60,725 bases of DNA. Source: a virus (taxonomy: Duplodnaviria > Caudoviricetes). A program made the translations under genes and the position numbers. The stretch is taken from the IMG/VR virus record IMGVR_UViG_3300045119_000151, positions 1 through 60,725 of that record; one strand, given 5' to 3'. Below, one piece after another: positions 44,197 to 53,586 of this stretch (position 1 is its first letter; every line of letters starts with the position of its first letter). Below the pieces are notes generated by a model that made no database searches, was not told the origin of the DNA, and saw only the letters and a list, made by a program, of their open reading frames with translations.

Positions 44197-44688
44197 TTAA
44201 ACGAACGCAATCGCCGCGAGCGGATCGGGAACGATGCCGCCCAACTCTAAATCTTTCTGCACGATGAACTGTACGACGCCGTCGCCATACGGAACTTCGA
44301 AGCGCTCGGCACCGCCGAACTTCGGTACGCGCACATAGTCGCCGCGCTTAACCCACGCGCCCTCCGGCCATTCCTGACCGGTGTTGCGATTCTTAAAAGC
44401 GAGCGGACCGTAAGAAAGAACCTTCGCGACTTGCGTATTGGCTTGAATGGTCGCGATGACTTCATCTGGAAGGACGAAGTTCGACTTGCCGACCGTGCGC
44501 TTGGCGACGCGAATTTGCATCAGCACGAGCGAGCCGAGCGGGAGGTAATTCGGATCGACTTTCGGAAACGCTTCTTCAAGCGTCTGATTGATCGCCGCAA
44601 TCGGCGCGAAACTCGCGCTGGGCGAACCCTTCAGCGGATTAGCGGCTGCTAATTGTCTTGCCAAACCAACCGATTCAATTCTGCTCAT
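44197..44688 (-). CDS. groES: GroES-like co-chaperonin
   Basis: PLG..VL......T......LPD........AKV...GP.......W.K.GD.V..PKFGG..F; located in the head module. Confidence 0.8.
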   Translation of the reverse strand: MSRIESVGLARQLAAANPLKGSPSASFAPIAAINQTLEEAFPKVDPNYLPLGSLVLMQIRVAKRTVGKSNFVLPDEVIATIQANTQVAKVLSYGPLAFKNRNTGQEWPEGAWVKRGDYVRVPKFGGAERFEVPYGDGVVQFIVQKDLELGGIVPDPLAAIAFV

Positions 44689-44915
44689 ACACCATCCGCG
44701 TACGGGTTATTCGACTGCACTATCGGCGAGGGTTTCTTGCCGTCCACTTCATCTTGCAACGAAGCAAGGACCGCGAGCGACTTCTCAAGTCCCTGCGCGA
44801 ATCCAGACTGAAAACCATACTCAAACGAATCTCGCTGCTTCGGAACTAACACCGACTCGAGCGCTTGATCGATCTGAGCCTGCTTGACAGCCGCAATGAA
44901 CTTTTCAATATCCAC
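44685..44915 (-). CDS. Hypothetical head-module protein
   Basis: FEYG..SG..QGLEK.L; ATGA-coupled to the GroES-like gene. Confidence 0.65.
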   Translation of the reverse strand: MDIEKFIAAVKQAQIDQALESVLVPKQRDSFEYGFQSGFAQGLEKSLAVLASLQDEVDGKKPSPIVQSNNPYADGV

Positions 44916-44967
44916 AGGCTACCAACAGGTTATGCACACGTTATACACAGAGATATCCACGTGTCAA
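44908..44967 (-). promoter_or_regulatory. Sigma70-like promoter overlapped by a phased DnaA-box-like array
   Basis: Minus strand TTGACA-16-TATAAC with TGTG extension. Plus strand ATATCCACA(44908), TTATGCACA(44930), TTATACACA(44941), ATATCCACG(44953). Confidence 0.65.
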
Positions 44968-44969
44968 GC

Positions 44970-45101
44970 CTACGGACCCGGCTTCTTGCTATTCACTGGA
45001 GGGCCAGCCGGAAATTTTCCGGTGCGTGCGTACTCCTGATGCTGACGCAACGGGCCGCTCGCGGGACTGCTCTTGCTCGGATTGTCGGATTTCTTCGCCA
45101 T
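44970..45101 (-). CDS. Small basic protein (43 aa, not in ORF track)
   Basis: MAKKSDNPSKSSPASGPLRQHQEYARTGKFPAG...; GAGGTG RBS. Confidence 0.55.
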   Translation of the reverse strand: MAKKSDNPSKSSPASGPLRQHQEYARTGKFPAGPPVNSKKPGP

Positions 45102-45109
45102 ACATCACC

Positions 45110-45559
45110 TCAAGGTTGAAATTTCATTGCAGCCAATGCCGCTTTCGATTGCCGCTCATGTCGCTCGATCCACATCATCGCCTCATCAAGCTTCGTTTGC
45201 GCAATCGACAGTTCACGCGATGTCGATGCGCCAAATCTACCAATCGACGAAGTTAAGCCCGACGCGCGCGATGCAACCGTATCAACAGTGACACTGTTAT
45301 TGGGTTGAGTTGACATTGGAATTGCGCTCGGCGCGTCGGTGTTCGGTGGAGCAGTTGCCTGCTCTGAAGTGGCGGTCTGTTTCGGTGGCTCATCCGCCAA
45401 CACCAACCCGTTCGCACTCATGCGCTCGCCGGTCATCGTGTTGAACGTCTCACCAATTTTATTCACGAAGGTATCTTTCGCATGACTCCACTCGAACCCA
45501 TCGGGGATCGCCAATTTACGATGGGCATGCGTTGCGCCTTCGCTTGCTGAATTGCTCAC
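45110..45559 (-). CDS. Protein with C-terminal Acb2/Tad1-like hairpin helix
   Basis: SRELSIAQTKLDEAMMWI; directly after the portal gene. Confidence 0.55.
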   Translation of the reverse strand: MSNSASEGATHAHRKLAIPDGFEWSHAKDTFVNKIGETFNTMTGERMSANGLVLADEPPKQTATSEQATAPPNTDAPSAIPMSTQPNNSVTVDTVASRASGLTSSIGRFGASTSRELSIAQTKLDEAMMWIERHERQSKAALAAMKFQP

Positions 45560-45560
45560 T

Positions 45561-48158
45561 TCACTCTCCTGGGTTAATGCCGGTGCCAGTCGATACCGTA
45601 GATCGATGACCCGTCAGTGTTTCTGCTGTTGAGATGGCCATTGCCGTGTCGTTGTCGGCGGTGTTGATTTCTAACTTGGTTTGATTATCGAGCGCAGCGC
45701 GCTGCATGTCGCCCTGCTCCTTCATTTGCGCGACATCCACATCGACAGCACGATCCGCCTGCTTGTTCTTATCGTCGCGCTGCCCATCGATCGCGCGCAA
45801 CTGCAATTCCTTCATGCGCTGCGCCACGTCGGCGGACTTGATCTGTGCTTGCCCATGCTGCCTCGTCTGCTCTAAAGCCTGCTGATTCTTTCCACGGAGA
45901 GTCTCGACCGCCGTCGCCGCCTGCACAGCGGGATCTTGCGGCTGCATCGACTGCTGCAACTGCTGAACCATCTGGAACGCCTTGGCGATGATTGGCGGCA
46001 GACTCTTGAATGCTTCCGCCGCCTCATCGATAGCCAAGCCCGACGCCACCGCCATGACCTTATCGACCTCACGCCGCGTGTCGGCGTCCTTGAATTTCAG
46101 CATCTCCGCGAAGTCCTGATCCACCGCTGAACTTGCATGCTCATACACGCGAGACGCATACCACAGCGTCATGTGCTCAATCAAATGCTGCAAGATCGCC
46201 GGTATAAACTTGCCCATCACCATCGGCATCATCCCAAAGAACGGCGATTGCATGTAGTCCAAGTGTGCTTGGATGTGCGCTAAGTGATCCTGCTCCGGGA
46301 ATGCCGAGATCGGACGACCCAAGGTCGCCGCGACGTTCTCATTCACGGCGTTCAGTTCATGCGGCTTGGTCTGCGGTGCGAGCAGTTTCTCTGGATGCGC
46401 GATCTTAAGCCGCTCCAAGAGCAGCATCTCGACCTCGCGCGCGTTGTACAATTCCGGGTGCGCATCAGACCGCTGTGACACAACCTGTATTTGCGCAAAC
46501 CGCTGTACCTCACTGAAAATACGCGGATCGGCGACCGGGATCACATCCATCGGCCCTTGGTAGTCCTCACGCATCGCGAGCAGTTCGCCCGTCTCGTCGA
46601 ATATCTGCTTGTCCGTCACATACATCTTGTTGATGCGATGAAGCACGAGCAACGTGCGCTCCATCGCCGAATACAGTCTCCCGTGGATCGCCGATAACAC
46701 GGCCATGCCCTGTTCGATCAGCGCGAGTGTCGTACCGACCGGCATGTTCGGATGCTGCTCGGCTAAGTCCTCGAACGTCGTGCGCACCACATCCTTGCCG
46801 GCATCGACCAAGAATCCGAGCAACTGATACAGCACCGTCGACGTCGGGTTGTACGGGATCGCCATAATCAACTTGCGGATGTCATCGGCGCCGGGACCGC
46901 CTTCGAGTTCCGTCACTTGCATCGGCTGCGGCGAAACGCTTTGTCCGCCCTGCACACTGCCCTTCAATTTCAGCATCGCCGGGAAGTTGTTCACATGCGC
47001 CGAGTCAAGCAGCGCACGCAGCGCACCAGTCGCCGCCGCGGGCAAGCCCGCCATCATCTGCGGCAGTCCTATCGCCATCGCACCGCGCCACGGCACGAAC
47101 GGCCACTCAACCACCCACGCCATCGGCTCAATCAGCTTGTCGTCTTTCTCCCAGTTGCGCACGATGCCGAGCACCTTCTTGGTCATCGAGCACAGGCGCA
47201 CGATGTATGGCCGCACTTCGTCATCGGCCTCGTCATCGAACTCCGAGAAATCCTGCATGATCTCGACTTCGTACATGCGCCGCACGCCGTCTTTGTTGTA
47301 TACGTCGTCGTCTTTGCCTTCGACGCGGTCAGTCGCTTTTTGCGCCAGCGTTTTCTCTGGCGGCATGCTACCGACACCAAGCACGCGATCTTCCGTGTAG
47401 ATTTCATCGCGTACGCGCTTATCGAATTCCATCCGCGTGATGTCTTCGATGAACGTGCGCCGCTCAGCCGAATAAAAATCCGCTGCCGCTGCCGGAATGA
47501 TCATGAAGTCAACCGGGACGAACGACGCCTCCGGACGCTTCTTGCCGGGATTCCATACCCAGCGCTGATACTGCACACCGCCTAGCGGCACTTGCGTGAG
47601 CAATTGCTCAAGCGTCGCGCGAAACTCGGGAATCTGGCGCGTGAGCTGCCAGTTCATATGCTTGGTCTTGCGCCGCGCCTTCGCTAACCGCTCCTTCGTC
47701 GGATCACCCGGAATAAAATCCTTAGCCGGCCCACCGGGCGGCATAATTTCTTTGATCGCGCGCGCTTCGAAGTCCACGCACGCTTGCGTGAGCATCGGAT
47801 GCACTGTCTTGCTCGCGCCTTGAAAACTTGCGCCACCCGGCGCATCGCCGCCCATGCCAGTGCGGCGGATACCGTCCTCGTACTGCTTATCGCGCGGCTC
47901 GCGCGCCTTGATGTCGTACTCGATGGACTCGCACAGGTCCGATGCGAACGACCCGAGAAACGACTGCGTGAACGCCGTATTACCCAGCAGTAGGTTATCG
48001 TAGAACGAGGAGTCGCCCTCCGTTGCTTCGTCCTCGCCGGTCTTGACGATAGCTCCACCATCCGGCGTGTCCTCGACATCGGTACGCTCCGGCTCTAACT
48101 CCAGCACATCACCGAGTTCGGATTGCGACTCGTCAGCAGCGTTCGGTGTGTCAGCCAT
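45561..48158 (-). CDS. Portal protein (P22-like, long C-terminal coil)
   Basis: GAS..VHPML..ACVDF.ARAIKE, MNWQLT.Q, ALRALLDSAH..N.P, PVGTTLALIEQG..V.SAIH.RL. Confidence 0.9.
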   Translation of the reverse strand: MADTPNAADESQSELGDVLELEPERTDVEDTPDGGAIVKTGEDEATEGDSSFYDNLLLGNTAFTQSFLGSFASDLCESIEYDIKAREPRDKQYEDGIRRTGMGGDAPGGASFQGASKTVHPMLTQACVDFEARAIKEIMPPGGPAKDFIPGDPTKERLAKARRKTKHMNWQLTRQIPEFRATLEQLLTQVPLGGVQYQRWVWNPGKKRPEASFVPVDFMIIPAAAADFYSAERRTFIEDITRMEFDKRVRDEIYTEDRVLGVGSMPPEKTLAQKATDRVEGKDDDVYNKDGVRRMYEVEIMQDFSEFDDEADDEVRPYIVRLCSMTKKVLGIVRNWEKDDKLIEPMAWVVEWPFVPWRGAMAIGLPQMMAGLPAAATGALRALLDSAHVNNFPAMLKLKGSVQGGQSVSPQPMQVTELEGGPGADDIRKLIMAIPYNPTSTVLYQLLGFLVDAGKDVVRTTFEDLAEQHPNMPVGTTLALIEQGMAVLSAIHGRLYSAMERTLLVLHRINKMYVTDKQIFDETGELLAMREDYQGPMDVIPVADPRIFSEVQRFAQIQVVSQRSDAHPELYNAREVEMLLLERLKIAHPEKLLAPQTKPHELNAVNENVAATLGRPISAFPEQDHLAHIQAHLDYMQSPFFGMMPMVMGKFIPAILQHLIEHMTLWYASRVYEHASSAVDQDFAEMLKFKDADTRREVDKVMAVASGLAIDEAAEAFKSLPPIIAKAFQMVQQLQQSMQPQDPAVQAATAVETLRGKNQQALEQTRQHGQAQIKSADVAQRMKELQLRAIDGQRDDKNKQADRAVDVDVAQMKEQGDMQRAALDNQTKLEINTADNDTAMAISTAETLTGHRSTVSTGTGINPGE

Positions 48159-48451
48159 TACGATGCTACTCCCACGAATATCTTGCAGAAATTAGCCACG
48201 TACGGAAACTCACGCAGCGCGCACACCGGACACCGTGCTGCAACCAATGCTTGCGTGCCGATGGTCTTCGCCGCGAGCGAACTTAAACCGTGCGAGATTT
48301 TCAGGAGAATGTCCGGTGTCGCATGCATGCCGAGCGTCTCGATCAACTCGCCGTGATGGTCATCGCATAACTGGATTGCGAACTTCTCAGGATCGTCGCT
48401 GAATTCGGTGCGTACGTCGGCGTCGATGATGGCGTGTAGCTCGGCGTTCAT
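48158..48451 (-). CDS. Hypothetical protein
   Basis: Coupled ORF with CPVC. Confidence 0.55.
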   Translation of the reverse strand: MNAELHAIIDADVRTEFSDDPEKFAIQLCDDHHGELIETLGMHATPDILLKISHGLSSLAAKTIGTQALVAARCPVCALREFPYVANFCKIFVGVAS

Positions 48452-49005
48452 GCTGTCGCCTCACCAATCGGCTCGCGAGCATACCATCCGATGTCCTGCA
48501 GAAATTCCACACCAATCGAATGGGGCTCGCAGCCCTCCATCGTTACCTGACTCAATTTTCCGCGCGGATCATCCATTGCTATTCGAGCGCGAATTCGCAA
48601 TGACTTGTATTCTCCCACCGGATTGATTCCGCCATGTTCGAAGTTGAACCCCGAATGGTGGACGTATTCTTCAAGCTGTATCTTCTCCACCTTCCGCCAG
48701 AACAATCGACGTCGATCTTGCGTGAGATGCTGCGGGCCATTCCAATCCAGCACCGCACCGTATACTGCCTTGCATAGCAGTGCCTCTGCGTGCTCAAACG
48801 GCAAACCAATTTGAAACGAGATGACGTAGTACGGAAACTCTGCAACCTGATCTCCGCTAATCAGAACATGCCGGTCACGCCGATCGCCTATCTCGCAGTG
48901 ACACAGCTTCTCAATCGCTGCGATGAGCGACGGCACATCAATTACATCAGGCCACGCAACTCGGCTCGCATCGTCGATGTCGACGCCCTTGTCGTACACG
49001 TACAT
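48448..49005 (-). CDS. Hypothetical protein
   Basis: 185-aa coupled ORF between terminase and portal. Confidence 0.6.
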   Translation of the reverse strand: MYVYDKGVDIDDASRVAWPDVIDVPSLIAAIEKLCHCEIGDRRDRHVLISGDQVAEFPYYVISFQIGLPFEHAEALLCKAVYGAVLDWNGPQHLTQDRRRLFWRKVEKIQLEEYVHHSGFNFEHGGINPVGEYKSLRIRARIAMDDPRGKLSQVTMEGCEPHSIGVEFLQDIGWYAREPIGEATA

Positions 49006-49295
49006 TACGCTGCCCCCTTCGGCGAGTCCTGCGGCGTCTCGCTCATCGCGTCGCCGTGCTTAAATTCTTCTTGCATATCGATGGTGAGACTCGCCACGTG
49101 CATACACAGCGTCGACATCTTCATGTTGGAATAGTCCGTCGCGAACGTGCCGTCGTCCCACTCGATGGAGATGCATACCGACTTCACGCGGCCTTGCTGC
49201 GCCTTGTCAAGCGTACGCGAGAGCGATGTGACCGCATCGATGCGCACGCCCGGAAGCGTCGCGATCTTGCGTTGCTTGTTCCAGTCGTTACCCAT
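49005..49295 (-). CDS. Hypothetical protein
   Basis: 96-aa coupled ORF. Confidence 0.6.
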   Translation of the reverse strand: MGNDWNKQRKIATLPGVRIDAVTSLSRTLDKAQQGRVKSVCISIEWDDGTFATDYSNMKMSTLCMHVASLTIDMQEEFKHGDAMSETPQDSPKGAA

Positions 49296-49309
49296 CGACG
49301 TGCATCGAA

Positions 49310-50809
49310 CTATTCTGCATATGGATTCACTGACCCCGGCTGCTGCGACCGACTAGAGACTCTCGTGCGGTCGGAATCTACTACATGCGAGCCCTTCTCG
49401 CTAGTGAGGGACTTCATGAAGTTGTCCTTCACATACCGCAATGCCTGCGTCGCCGCGTCGACGTCGTCGTCATACTCGATACTCCCCGACCCCCTGAACG
49501 TGCACAATGCCTCGCGAACCGGTTCCGCCCAATTGCGGACCTTGCCCGGATGCACATTACTCTCGACCATCCACACCCGGCCGTGGGCGAACAGCGGCGA
49601 CACCAAGTGCAGGCGCATCAGCTTGTCTTCGCGCCCCGGATTGTACGGATGCGTTAAGATGTTCTCCGATGCCAGTTGCTGACGCAGTGATATACCCGAG
49701 CCCTTGTCTTCGATGATGGTCAAGTCGATGGCCTTTCCTTGGTGTCCGATCGGCGGCCCCTTCGGCAAGATCAGTGGCCGGAACATCGGCTCATCCGTTG
49801 CGCCGTACGTCGTCTTGATTTCCTTCTTGACGCGGCTCACTAACTGCGGAAACGACAAAAAGTCTCGCCACGCATCCAAGAGCATCACGTGATACTCGCG
49901 ACCCACGACGAACACACCCCAGACCTGCATCACCGACTGGTCTGGATGATGCGTCTTCTTGTCCGACGTGCGCTCAGTGAACGCCGTGTCTAAGCTCGCA
50001 ATCACAAACCTAAGCGTCGGCAACGGCTTGTTTGCCGGCCATAGCTTGATCTGCGAGTTCGGAATAATCCCGTCGTCTTCGGCTTCCAGAATCTCGCCGT
50101 GCAACTCTTGCCGACCTAGCTTCGTGCCCTCGTACTGCGCAATTTCCTCCCAGTACACATCCGATAAGTTCGCACGATTCTCGTACGATGAGCCGCGCAC
50201 GATCACCGAATGTTTTGCCGCCATCAGCCGCTTAATGATCTTGTTGGTCTTCGGCGTCGTCGTCCACAGAAAGCGCGGATGCTCACCTAACCGCAACCCG
50301 AACCGCATCATGTCAAGCGTATCGATCGGATTCTCCCACGACGCAGTCTCATCTCCCCAACAGTTATGATGCTGCGGGCCGCGTAACTTCGACGGCGTCT
50401 CACTGCTGAATCCGCGTATTTTCGCGCCGTTGAACAGCGTCACTAAGTGATCGCTGCGGTTGTAGTCGTCGAGCAACTCAGGCGGTGACAATGTAACTAG
50501 CCCGGTAGGACCTTCAAGCAGCGTATGGCGCACATCGGATAACGACGGCGCAATAATCCCGTTGAATGAACCCGGTTGAGTGCCGGCAGTTTCAACGATC
50601 CAGTGCGAGCCGGTCTGCGTCTTACCAAAGCCGCGACCCGAGAGAATCCCCCAGTTATTCCACGGCCCGAGCGGCGGCAACTGTTTCGGGCGCGCTATCT
50701 CGCGCCATTCGAGCGACCATTCGAGAAGCCTTAACTCTTTGTCGGATAGGCCATCGATCTCAGCGCGGAGTGCAGGGTTCTCGGTGTAGTGAGTGTCGAT
50801 GACGGACAC
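49310..50809 (-). CDS. terL: Terminase large subunit
   Basis: AR.KQLPP, GRGFGKT Walker A, LRGPQHH..WGDE Walker B, TTTPK, SLDTAF, IEDKGSG, DD.VDA.TQAL nuclease motifs. Confidence 0.95.
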   Translation of the reverse strand: MSVIDTHYTENPALRAEIDGLSDKELRLLEWSLEWREIARPKQLPPLGPWNNWGILSGRGFGKTQTGSHWIVETAGTQPGSFNGIIAPSLSDVRHTLLEGPTGLVTLSPPELLDDYNRSDHLVTLFNGAKIRGFSSETPSKLRGPQHHNCWGDETASWENPIDTLDMMRFGLRLGEHPRFLWTTTPKTNKIIKRLMAAKHSVIVRGSSYENRANLSDVYWEEIAQYEGTKLGRQELHGEILEAEDDGIIPNSQIKLWPANKPLPTLRFVIASLDTAFTERTSDKKTHHPDQSVMQVWGVFVVGREYHVMLLDAWRDFLSFPQLVSRVKKEIKTTYGATDEPMFRPLILPKGPPIGHQGKAIDLTIIEDKGSGISLRQQLASENILTHPYNPGREDKLMRLHLVSPLFAHGRVWMVESNVHPGKVRNWAEPVREALCTFRGSGSIEYDDDVDAATQALRYVKDNFMKSLTSEKGSHVVDSDRTRVSSRSQQPGSVNPYAE

Positions 50810-50943
50810 ACGCTACGCTCCCGGCAACGTCGTACGCTCACCGAGCGCAGCGGCAAGGATCGCGCGGATAGTGAACTTGAGTATGGTGCGCTTGATGTAG
50901 GCGCGGGCTTGCGCGGCATCGCTAGTGCTGACAACCTTGGCGC

Positions 50944-51384
50944 TCAATGCTTCACCGCGCCGTTGGGCTTCGTCGCTGTAAATACGCCGTCGACAACCTG
51001 CGCCTCACGCTGTGTCTTTTCCGTGATCTTGGCGAGCACGCGACTGACCGTGTCGCGGCGCACATCGCCCGGCACCGTCGTTACTGTCACGTCGGTCTGC
51101 TTCAAGTCCGGCATGGTCTTGGCGAGTGCGATGCGAATACCCAGGAGAGCGACTTGCGCCGCGGCGATCTGCATCTTGGTCATTGGTTCGCTGCCTGCCG
51201 CGCAGTCGCTGAGTTGATCGGTTAGCTTAACGAGGTTGTCGACTTGCTTTGCGCAGTCCAGGCGCGCGCGCATGCTATCAACAAAGGCACTGTCGAGATA
51301 TTGCGGACGGAGGCGCGTCGCTGCAGCTGGGGGCGTATCGGCCACGGCCAGCGGATCGATAACCGCAAGTAAATCATCGCTCAT
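50944..51384 (-). CDS. Putative terminase small subunit
   Basis: MT..QI.AA....L.K..PDLK..DV motif; upstream of TerL; preceded by TTGACT-18-TACTCT close to the ATG. Confidence 0.65.
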   Translation of the reverse strand: MSDDLLAVIDPLAVADTPPAAATRLRPQYLDSAFVDSMRARLDCAKQVDNLVKLTDQLSDCAAGSEPMTKMQIAAAQVALLGIRIALAKTMPDLKQTDVTVTTVPGDVRRDTVSRVLAKITEKTQREAQVVDGVFTATKPNGAVKH

Positions 51385-51422
51385 ACTGCGAGAGTAGAGC
51401 GGCGGACGTTGTCAAGTCAAAT

Positions 51423-51797
51423 TTAGCGATGCTGCTTACGCTCAGCGCGTAGCCGCTCCGTCTCGCGCAGCGTTAGACCGCCCACTGACTGGAACTTGAT
51501 CCCCAATAGTCGACGCTTGAGTGTAAACACGAGGCAACCTGGCATCCCCGCGACATACGCGCGTCGGTTTATCTCCACGATATCGAGCGGCTCAGGACAC
51601 GTGAGCAAGTACGATCGCACGAAGTGAAGCCACGGTCTCGCGCGTTGCTCAATGCGTAGCCAGACGTTCGCGCCCTCCGGCTGCAGTATCCAGCGCTCGC
51701 CGTCCGCATCGACCACGCGGAACGCATCGCCATTCACAGCTTGCCGGTAGGCTTCAGACCGCGCTGCATGTGCGGCGAAGTCGGTCACGCTCGCCAC
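51423..51797 (-). CDS. Hypothetical protein
   Basis: ORF in the late-operon leader region. Confidence 0.45.
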   Translation of the reverse strand: MASVTDFAAHAARSEAYRQAVNGDAFRVVDADGERWILQPEGANVWLRIEQRARPWLHFVRSYLLTCPEPLDIVEINRRAYVAGMPGCLVFTLKRRLLGIKFQSVGGLTLRETERLRAERKQHR

Positions 51798-52618
51798 GGT
51801 TGGCGAACCATGCGCGGCACCGGTGGAGCTCGTTCACTGGATGACGGCAACGGCGCCGACATGATCGCCGCAATGTCCGCGCGGAACTTAAGCCTAGCGG
51901 CGAGCTCCTTAGCGCTCGGTGGCCTGGGACTCGGCAGAGTCTCGGCTAGCCACTTGCTCTTGCGCAACTCGCTTAGGCAGTACATGGGCGCGTCGTCCGT
52001 TCGTTGTAGGCCATCCAGTCGGCGAGTGACGGCGTGCCGTGGCGATAGCGCGCGCGCGCATTGAACAGCGCTTGCTCTACGTTAAGTTGGGCGCGCCTTT
52101 GCCAATCGATTACGGCCCCGACAAGCGAAGCCGAAACGATACCGAGCGGCTGCGTACTCTCCACATCCGTCGACCCCATCATGCTCAGCAATTCGTCAAT
52201 ATCACTCATAGTTTGAAACCTCAATGATTGGCAATCTCCATCGTTAAGAAATTCTTACCGCTGGCCATGCGGCGACAACTTAGCACACGGCCGTAGGATG
52301 CACCCAAGTCGCACATGTCGCGGGCACTCATGCGAGACCATAGCGACGGATGCACGACAACCAGCGCGGGCCGATCTAGGCGCGGCGCCTCGGATCGCAT
52401 AACGACCAATTCGTGCACGTTGCTAACCATCACGATACCCTCCCAAAATCAATACGGACTCGTTACAGACGACTTAAAGCTGACCCATTGTCGGGTAGCG
52501 GGTCGATATACATCGCGTTACAGCACCTCACAGGCTCAATGCTGGCTAGATCGCCGCTGGCGACTCAGGACCGAAAACCATCCCGGACGATGCCAGAATA
52601 CAGGATGATTACCAGTTG

Positions 52619-52867
52619 TCAACGCTTATCGTGTGGTGCGCCGCACCATTCGGCGTACAGCGCTGCAGCGTCCTGCGAGGCGATCCACTCCGGGTCCAGC
52701 GCGATCAGGGTTGCGTAGTCGTGCGCCCCGAGTCGCGGACGTAGCCAGCGGAAAAAATCCTTCGCATCACGCTTGCGATACTTGCGGCTACTGCGCGGAG
52801 CAGATACCGCGGTGTAAGTTAATTTCCACAGCGCCGAATTAATAGCCCATTTTTTGTTGGTCGACAT
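52619..52867 (-). CDS. Hypothetical protein (first gene left of the AT-rich region)
   Basis: GGGGGAAG RBS before ATG 52867. Confidence 0.5.
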   Translation of the reverse strand: MSTNKKWAINSALWKLTYTAVSAPRSSRKYRKRDAKDFFRWLRPRLGAHDYATLIALDPEWIASQDAAALYAEWCGAPHDKR

Positions 52868-53316
52868 ACTTCCCCCGATTTACTAATCGCTTTTACAGCA
52901 TAAAAACCCGTGTACATCTGATTCTATTCTGTTTTCTAGATACCACATATAACCGTAAGTTATCAAAAACCATTCTCTTATAACCATTTTTCCATTTGTT
53001 GTGAATGTTGTATGCGCCTGCGAGGTAAATATCTGCAAGCGCTAATACGATAGAAATAAGTTAAAACTCGCCCTATGTTCTTTTCTTATCTCGCAGCCGC
53101 ATACAACAAGTGTCCACTAAGCTATCTAAATTCTAGGATACGTTGTAGATGTTGTACTGAGTAATATGATGTTGTAATTGTTGTACTACGGACTAATAGA
53201 TACCGGTCACTTAACATAAGTAGAATTGTAGTAATTGTTGCGAAAGTTGTTGACTTGCGACCGGTCACAGATTAGAGTAGCGGCACGGTAAACGAACCGG
53301 TAACGGGAACTCGAAA
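52868..53316. promoter_or_regulatory. AT-rich divergent control region with iterated TGTTGTA repeats and a 23-bp inverted repeat (candidate origin or packaging site)
   Basis: Longest non-coding stretch. Inverted repeat arms 53006-53028 and 53086-53108 match 21/23. Paired heptamers start at 52997, 53141, 53170 and 53227. Confidence 0.65.
53250..53278 (+). promoter_or_regulatory. Sigma70-like early promoter
   Basis: TTGACT-17-TAGAGT; the spacer holds ACCGGTCAC, which is repeated at 53202-53210. Confidence 0.65.
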
Positions 53317-53541
53317 ATGTCACTAGTAAATGCACTACCAACGAAGGCCGACACCGATGCAATGGAGTCACTTATCGATCGCGTTGGAATGTATGAAACG
53401 CTTAGCCTAGTCGCCGCGATTTGCGGTGAGAAAGCGGCCCATATTCGGGAAAACTGGCAAGACGACAGCGCGGCTAAATGGTGGGACAAATTAGGCGCGG
53501 CATTGACGGAATTGGACGACTTAGCTAGCACCGTGAGCTAG
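53317..53541 (+). CDS. Hypothetical early protein
   Basis: LIDR.G....L......C.EKA.HIRENWQD...A..W motif; first gene after the promoter. Confidence 0.7.
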   Translation: MSLVNALPTKADTDAMESLIDRVGMYETLSLVAAICGEKAAHIRENWQDDSAAKWWDKLGAALTELDDLASTVS

Positions 53542-53586
53542 CCCGACACATCAGAAAAACTTAACTGACACAACGAGAGGCGCATC

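Noticed and set aside
46849-47585. Long plus-strand ORFs opposite the portal gene (and similar ones opposite the capsid, terminase and DUF3987 genes)
   Set aside because: They are antisense shadows of GC-rich coding sequence with no recognisable motifs.
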